Shown: positions 58,811 through 64,000 of the stretch, piece after piece
How positions within the stretch are numbered: the stretch's first letter is position 1
Layout of the letters: the number at the start of each line of letters is the position of its first letter
Assembly: GCA_963825525.1 (NCBI GenBank)
Contig: CAWGTN010000001.1
Location: 192,001 to 256,000, forward strand
DNA from: an uncultured Chloroflexia bacterium
GTDB taxonomy: Bacteria > Chloroflexota > Limnocylindria > QHBO01
Direction: 5' to 3'
DNA length: 64,000 nucleotides
Translations under genes and position numbers: made by a program
The notes under the pieces: model-generated
Told to the model about the DNA's origin: nothing
Databases searched by the model: none
What the model saw: the letters and a program-made list of their open reading frames with translations, nothing else

Positions 58811-59758
58811 ATGGGAGAAGGGCACCTGCCGGTGCTGGTCGACGAGGTTCTCACCTCGCTGGCCGTCGGTGCCGGCAGCTCCGTGGCTGATTGCACCGTC
58901 GGCGGCGGTGGGCACGCCGAGCGGCTCCTGGAGGCCACGTCCCCGGATGGCCGCCTGCTCGGCATCGATGCCGATCGGGCGGCCATCTCGGAGGCGAAAC
59001 GCGTTCTCGAGCGCTTCGGCACGCGGGTCACGCTGCGCCACGCCAACTTCGAGTCGATCTTCGACGTCGCGAGTGAAGCCGGCGCCGTTCCGCTCGACGC
59101 GATCCTCTTCGACCTCGGGCTCAGCAGCTACCAGCTCGCCGATCCGGCTCGAGGATTCAGCTTTGCGGCCGATGCGCCGCCGGACATGAGATTCGATGAA
59201 ACGAGTGGTCTTTCGGCCCTTGAGCTCATCGAGCGCTCCTCGGAGCGAGAGCTCGCCGGAATCCTCGCGACGTTTGGTGAAGAGCGCCGTGCAGGCCGCA
59301 TCGCGAAGGCGATCCTGGCGGCGAGTGCGCAGGACCGGCTCGTGACCGCCGCCGATCTCGCCGAGGTGGTCGCGGCTGCTGCTCCCGGGCGCCCCGGCGG
59401 CCCCGATGCCGGACGCATCCACCCCGCGACGCGCACGTTCCAGGCACTGCGCATCGCGGTGAACCGTGAAGTCGAGGTCCTCTCCGCCGCCCTCTCGGGA
59501 GCGCTCGCCGCCCTCGGACCGGGAGGCCGGATGGCCGTCATCAGCTACCACTCCCTCGAGGACCGCATCGTCAAGCGGTTCATCGTGCGTGAGAGCCGCG
59601 ACTGCATCGAGGAGCCGCTTCCGCCGGCGTGCACGTGCGGACATCGAGCGCAGCTGCGCGCGATCACGAAGGGCGTCATCACGGCAGGCCCCGACGAGGT
59701 CCGCCGCAACCGTCGCGCACGCAGCGCAAAGCTGCGCGTCGCCCAGAAGCTCGCTTGA
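58811..59758 (+). CDS. rsmH: 16S rRNA m4C1402 methyltransferase
   Basis: HLPVLVDEV, DCTVGGGGH, DLGLSSYQL..RGFSF, HPATRTFQALRIAVN, SYHSLEDRIVK, ARSAKLR. Confidence 0.97.
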   Translation: MGEGHLPVLVDEVLTSLAVGAGSSVADCTVGGGGHAERLLEATSPDGRLLGIDADRAAISEAKRVLERFGTRVTLRHANFESIFDVASEAGAVPLDAILFDLGLSSYQLADPARGFSFAADAPPDMRFDETSGLSALELIERSSERELAGILATFGEERRAGRIAKAILAASAQDRLVTAADLAEVVAAAAPGRPGGPDAGRIHPATRTFQALRIAVNREVEVLSAALSGALAALGPGGRMAVISYHSLEDRIVKRFIVRESRDCIEEPLPPACTCGHRAQLRAITKGVITAGPDEVRRNRRARSAKLRVAQKLA

Positions 59759-59784
59759 GCCGAGCGCAGGAGGAGGGTCGATCC

Positions 59785-59997
59785 ATGAGCAAGGGACACT
59801 CACGACACCAGGCCAGCCGGCGCCGCATGTACTCGGCGCGCCAGCGCGACCTTCGCGAACGTCGCGCGCACGCCGCACGCGATGAGCAGCACTGGCTGAG
59901 CGACGAGGTCGCGGCGTTCGAGATCGAAGAGGGTCTGGACTTCGAGGCGCCGACCAGCTTCGCCGGCTCCCTGCGCAACCGCGCAACCGCGGCCTAG
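59785..59997 (+). CDS. Small hypothetical protein (70 aa) inside dcw operon
   Basis: Strong SD AGGAGGAGG before ATG; Arg-rich N-half, acidic C-half; fills the rsmH-ftsL gap. Confidence 0.7.
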   Translation: MSKGHSRHQASRRRMYSARQRDLRERRAHAARDEQHWLSDEVAAFEIEEGLDFEAPTSFAGSLRNRATAA

Positions 59998-60019
59998 GCA
60001 GTCGAGGAGCTACGAGCAG

Positions 60020-60436
60020 ATGGCAATCGTCGGCGCACGGCCAGCAGCGACTCCCTGGTTCCTGGGGCGTCGCAGTCGTCCGCGCCCTCGCACCCGCCCG
60101 CAGCCTGCCGGACGGCCGCGCCGCTACTCGAGTGGGCGACGGGTCGCAGCAAGGGTCGACATTCGACCACTGCTGGTGGGAATCCTCGTTGCCGCGGGCC
60201 TCGCCATCTTTTACCTGAGCCAATCAACCCACGTGGCAGCCACCGGATATGAGATCGACGCGCTCGAGGCATCGCTCGCTGAGAGCCACGCCGAACAGCA
60301 GCAGCTCGTCTGGGCGATCGGCCGGGCACGCTCGCCCGCCGAGATCACGGAGCGAGCCCGGTCCGACCTCCACCTGGTTCCACTCGAGGAAGGCGCGGTG
60401 ACCTACGCCTCGCCCGCCGCCCAGCCAGCCGATTGA
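60020..60436 (+). CDS. ftsL: Cell division protein FtsL
   Basis: Basic N-terminus, single TM, GYEIDAL coiled coil, SPAEITERARSDLHL; position before ftsI. Confidence 0.8.
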   Translation: MAIVGARPAATPWFLGRRSRPRPRTRPQPAGRPRRYSSGRRVAARVDIRPLLVGILVAAGLAIFYLSQSTHVAATGYEIDALEASLAESHAEQQQLVWAIGRARSPAEITERARSDLHLVPLEEGAVTYASPAAQPAD

Positions 60437-60480
60437 CCTAGCACCGCGGCCGAACAGACGGCCGCCGCACGGAGACCAAC

Positions 60481-62271
60481 ATGCTCGCCAGGACCGACAG
60501 TCGTGCCCGCGCCTTGGTCCTTCTCATCGTCGTCACGTTGCTGGCGACGCTGGTCGGCGCCCGGCTCGTGTGGTGGCAGGTCGTTGAGCAGTCGGCCCTG
60601 GCGGAGATGGCCCTCCACCAGCTGGCCCAGAACCAGGAGCTGCCGGCGCAGCGCGGCGAGATCACGGACCGCAACGGCGAACTCCTGGCAACCTCGGTGG
60701 AGGTCCAGTCTGTCTTTGCCACGCCGCCATCGATCGACGATATCGGGCTGACGTCCGCGCTCCTGGCATCGGCGCTTGGCATGTCCGCGGCCGATGTGCG
60801 GGATCGGCTCGATACGGACAAGCCGTGGGTGTATCTCAAGCGGCGGGTGAGCGTCGAGGTTGCCCAGCGGGTGAGTGATCTGGGGCTGCGGGGCATCGGG
60901 CTGCTGCCCGAGACGAAGCGGGTCTACCCCATCACCGGCGTTGCCTCGGAGACGACGCTGGCTGCCCAGCTGCTCGGGTTCGTCGACAGCGATGGCGTCG
61001 GCCGGTACGGGGTGGAGGAGGCCGAGGACGCGACGCTGGCGGGCACGGCCGGCAAGGTCAGCGCGCAGGAGGACGTGATCGGCCGCCGGATCGCGGATTC
61101 GGTGACGCTGCTCCAGGAGCCGGTTGACGGGCGAAACCTTCGCCTGACCATCGACGCCGGCGTGCAGCACCTCCTCGAAGAGAAGATCCAGGAAACGTTC
61201 CGAACAAACCGCGCAGCGGGGGCGACCGGCCTGATCATGGACGCCGAGACCGGCGCGATCCTGGCGATGGCCAGCTACCCGTCCTACGACGCGAACCAGT
61301 TCGCGACCACCGAGGGCGAGCGCTTCGCCAATCCGGCCGTTTCGCGCCAGTACGAGCCGGGTTCGGTGATGAAGGCATTCACCATCGCCGCCGCCCTGGA
61401 CGCGGGGGCGATCACGACCTCCACGACGGTCGAGGACGACAACAACCTCCGCATCGGAAACGTCCGAGTCCAGAATGCAGATCGCTACGAGCATCCGTAC
61501 GGTCACGGCAAGATCACCGCGGGCGACGTCCTGAAGCTCTCGAACAACGTCGGAGCCGCGAAGATCGGCCTCAAGCTGGGTCGGACCGCGCTCTATGACG
61601 CCTTCCGTCGCTTCGGCTTCGGCAGCCCGACCGGGGTCGAGCTCAGTTACGAGGCCAGCGGGGTGATCTGGGACCCGGACGGCCCCAACGCCTCGGGTGA
61701 CCTGACGGCAGCTCAGAACTCCTTTGGCCAGGGGCTGAGCCTCACGGCCGTGCAGCTGGCGGCGGGCTATGCATCGTTCGCCAACGGTGGCGAACTCGTG
61801 ACGCCGCACGTGGTGGCGGGATGGACGGACCCGGACGGCACGTACCACTCCGCGGAGCAACCGCCCCGCGAGCGGGTGATGCGGCCGGAGACCGCCGCCA
61901 CGATGGTCGAGCTTCTCACCGGAGCCATCGACGAGGGGATCGCGAATCGTGCATCCATCCCTGGCTACACCGTGGCCGGCAAGACCGGCACCGCCCAGAT
62001 CGCGGGCCCGGTCAAGGTGAAGAACGACGCGGGCGAGATCGTCGAGCAGTGGCAGTACATCGACGGGTGGGTCGACTCGAGCTTCGTGGGCATCCTCCCG
62101 GCGGGCGATACCAAGCTCGTGACCCTGATCCTCATCAATCGCCCCGCGGGAGCCGGTGGACGGCACATGCCGGAGCGCCCGGAGTGGGTGTTCGCCGACG
62201 TCATGCCGCAGGTTCTCAACTACCTGGCGATCCCGCCCGACCGCCCGCTGCAGCCGGTTGCCCAGCCGTGA
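60481..62271 (+). CDS. ftsI: Class B penicillin-binding protein (septal transpeptidase)
   Basis: RGEITDRNG, RVYP, LTIDAGVQ, YEPGSVMK (SxxK), LSNN (SxN), GKTGTAQ. Confidence 0.93.
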   Translation: MLARTDSRARALVLLIVVTLLATLVGARLVWWQVVEQSALAEMALHQLAQNQELPAQRGEITDRNGELLATSVEVQSVFATPPSIDDIGLTSALLASALGMSAADVRDRLDTDKPWVYLKRRVSVEVAQRVSDLGLRGIGLLPETKRVYPITGVASETTLAAQLLGFVDSDGVGRYGVEEAEDATLAGTAGKVSAQEDVIGRRIADSVTLLQEPVDGRNLRLTIDAGVQHLLEEKIQETFRTNRAAGATGLIMDAETGAILAMASYPSYDANQFATTEGERFANPAVSRQYEPGSVMKAFTIAAALDAGAITTSTTVEDDNNLRIGNVRVQNADRYEHPYGHGKITAGDVLKLSNNVGAAKIGLKLGRTALYDAFRRFGFGSPTGVELSYEASGVIWDPDGPNASGDLTAAQNSFGQGLSLTAVQLAAGYASFANGGELVTPHVVAGWTDPDGTYHSAEQPPRERVMRPETAATMVELLTGAIDEGIANRASIPGYTVAGKTGTAQIAGPVKVKNDAGEIVEQWQYIDGWVDSSFVGILPAGDTKLVTLILINRPAGAGGRHMPERPEWVFADVMPQVLNYLAIPPDRPLQPVAQP

Positions 62272-63710
62272 GGCTGCTAGACTCGCCGGTAGTCCGCAGC
62301 GTGGTTCGCGTGCCTCCCACGATCCGCCTCGACGACCTCCTGGCCGCCACCGGCGGCCGGCTCCTCCGGTCCACATCGGTCGATTCCATCGTCGGCGCCA
62401 GCGTCGATTCTCGTCGCGTGAGCGCGCTCAGCTGTTACGTGGCGATCCGAGGGGAACGGGTTGATGGCCACCGGTTCGTGGAAGAGGCCCTGCGGGCCGG
62501 CGCATCGGCCGCCCTCGTCGACCACCCGATCGACCTGCCTCCCGATCTCGATCGAGCCGTGGTCGTGGTCCGTGATCCCCTCATCGCTCTCGGCGACCTC
62601 GCGGGCTGGTGGCGCGGACGGCATGCGGTCCGAGTGGTCGGCATCACGGGGTCGACGGGTAAGACGATCGCCAAAGAGATCACGGCCGACGTCCTCTCCC
62701 GGACGACGAAGACGCTTCGCAACGAGGGCAATCTCAACTCGGAGACCGGATTGCCGATGACCCTCCTTCGCCTGGAGCCCGATGACCAGGCGGCGGTACT
62801 CGAGATGAGCATGTACACCACCGGCGAGATCGCTCGCCTTGCCGAGATCGCCCGTCCCGAGGTCGGGGTCGTCCTGGCAGTGCATCCGGCCCACCTCGAG
62901 CGGGCCGGGAGCATCGAGCGCATCGCCCAGGCAAAGGCTGAGCTTCCGCAGGCGCTGCCGCCGGAGGGGCTGGCCGTTCTCAACGCCGATGACGCTCGAG
63001 TCGCGGCCATGCGCGACGTCACGAGGGCCGAGGTGCGGACGTTCGGCCTCGGTTCCGGGGCCGAGGTCCGGGCGAGCGAGATCACGTCACTCGGCCTGGA
63101 CGGAACGACCTTCACCATCCAGGCGCCGTGGGGTACACGTCGAGTGACAAGCGCCATGCCGGGCCGTCACCTCGTGCACCACGCGCTTGCCGCCGCCGCC
63201 GTCGCCGAGCGATTCGACATCCCGATGGACGACGTGGCAGAGGCGTTGGCCGCCGGGAGCCGCGCCGCCCACCGGATGGAGATCGTGGATTCGCTGGCCG
63301 GCGCGCGGGTCGTCGATGACACGTACAACGCTTCACCCATCAGCGTGCGCGGAGCACTCGAGTTCATTGCCGAAACGCCGGTGGCGTCGGGACGCCGCCG
63401 CATCGCCGTTCTCGGCGACATGCTCGAGCTCGGCCCGGACGAGGAACGGCTGCACCGCGAGATCGGTTCGCTGGCGGGGGAGACCGTCGATGCCGTCGTG
63501 GCGGTCGGGCAACGGGGTCGGTGGATCGCCGAGTCGGCACGGGCATCCGGAAACGCGCGCGTCTTCGAGGCTGCTGACGCCGACGAGGCCGCCGAGGTCC
63601 TGGAGCGCGAGCTGGCGCCAGGCGTCGGCGACCTGGTGCTGGTCAAGGCGTCGCGCGGGATCGGCCTGGACCGCACCGTCGACCTGCTGCGGGACGGTGA
63701 TGCGCCATGA
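62268..63710 (+). CDS. murF: UDP-MurNAc-tripeptide--D-Ala-D-Ala ligase
   Basis: VDSRRV, DGHRF, GITGSTGKT, GNLNSETGLP, DDTYNASP, LGDMLELG, LVKASRG; start could be 62301 or 62310. Confidence 0.95.
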   Translation: MRLLDSPVVRSVVRVPPTIRLDDLLAATGGRLLRSTSVDSIVGASVDSRRVSALSCYVAIRGERVDGHRFVEEALRAGASAALVDHPIDLPPDLDRAVVVVRDPLIALGDLAGWWRGRHAVRVVGITGSTGKTIAKEITADVLSRTTKTLRNEGNLNSETGLPMTLLRLEPDDQAAVLEMSMYTTGEIARLAEIARPEVGVVLAVHPAHLERAGSIERIAQAKAELPQALPPEGLAVLNADDARVAAMRDVTRAEVRTFGLGSGAEVRASEITSLGLDGTTFTIQAPWGTRRVTSAMPGRHLVHHALAAAAVAERFDIPMDDVAEALAAGSRAAHRMEIVDSLAGARVVDDTYNASPISVRGALEFIAETPVASGRRRIAVLGDMLELGPDEERLHREIGSLAGETVDAVVAVGQRGRWIAESARASGNARVFEAADADEAAEVLERELAPGVGDLVLVKASRGIGLDRTVDLLRDGDAP

Positions 63711-64000
63711 CGATCCTCCAGATCGTGATCGCGCTGCTCCTGGCCTTCATCGGCATGGTGCTTCTCGCGCCGATCTACATCAGCCTCCTTCAGCGCCTCG
63801 GATTCGGAAAGCAGATCCGCACGGACGGCCCCGAGGCGCACTACGGCAAGGCGGGGACGCCGACCATGGGCGGGATGCTCGTCGTGGGCGTCGTCCTGTT
63901 CCTGGCCATGGCGCTGCGGATCGAGGACGCCGCGACCCTGACGCCGATGCTGACGCTCGTGGGCGTGGGGATCCTGGGTGCCATCGATGACTTCGTGAAC
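63707..64000 (+). CDS. mraY: Phospho-N-acetylmuramoyl-pentapeptide transferase (3' truncated by window edge)
   Basis: ATGA overlap; KQIRTDGPEAH..KAGTPTMGG, GAIDD. Confidence 0.95.
   Translation, partial: MTILQIVIALLLAFIGMVLLAPIYISLLQRLGFGKQIRTDGPEAHYGKAGTPTMGGMLVVGVVLFLAMALRIEDAATLTPMLTLVGVGILGAIDDFVN

Overview
High-GC (roughly 70% by eye) bacterial chromosome segment, most likely Chloroflexota (possibly Limnocylindria/Ellin6529-like). This assignment is inferred from an RNase P RNA lacking P13/P14/P18, an alpha2-type GlyRS and the gene order. The window is mostly housekeeping: glmS-acpS-nnrD-alr, tsaE-tsaB-rimI-tsaD-rsmA-ispE-ridA-glmU, recO-glyQS, ppdK-hppA, dnaG-rpoD, tRNA-Asn and tRNA-Ile2, a parAB pair, propionyl-CoA carboxylase/methylmalonyl-CoA mutase/epimerase, sucCD, icd, sdhCDAB, rnhA, rnpB and the start of the dcw cluster. 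The main candidate for an undescribed system is an 8-gene, translationally coupled block (3984-10352) between alr and tsaE. It encodes a degenerate macro domain, a small protein, four membrane proteins, a GlmL/MutL-like ASKHA ATPase with no glutamate mutase nearby, and a barrel-sandwich-hybrid partner. Other notable items: a dnaG whose zinc finger can only be reached from a non-canonical ATC start, a tspO remnant, an AAC(2')-like acetyltransferase, a structured leader before a probable Na+-PPase, a highly divergent ECF sigma/ZAS anti-sigma pair, an atypical ParB with DnaA-box-like sites upstream, many apparent leaderless genes, and an extra small gene inside the dcw operon. No transposase, integrase, phage gene or CRISPR array was seen. 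All family calls come from motif recognition by eye; no searches were run.
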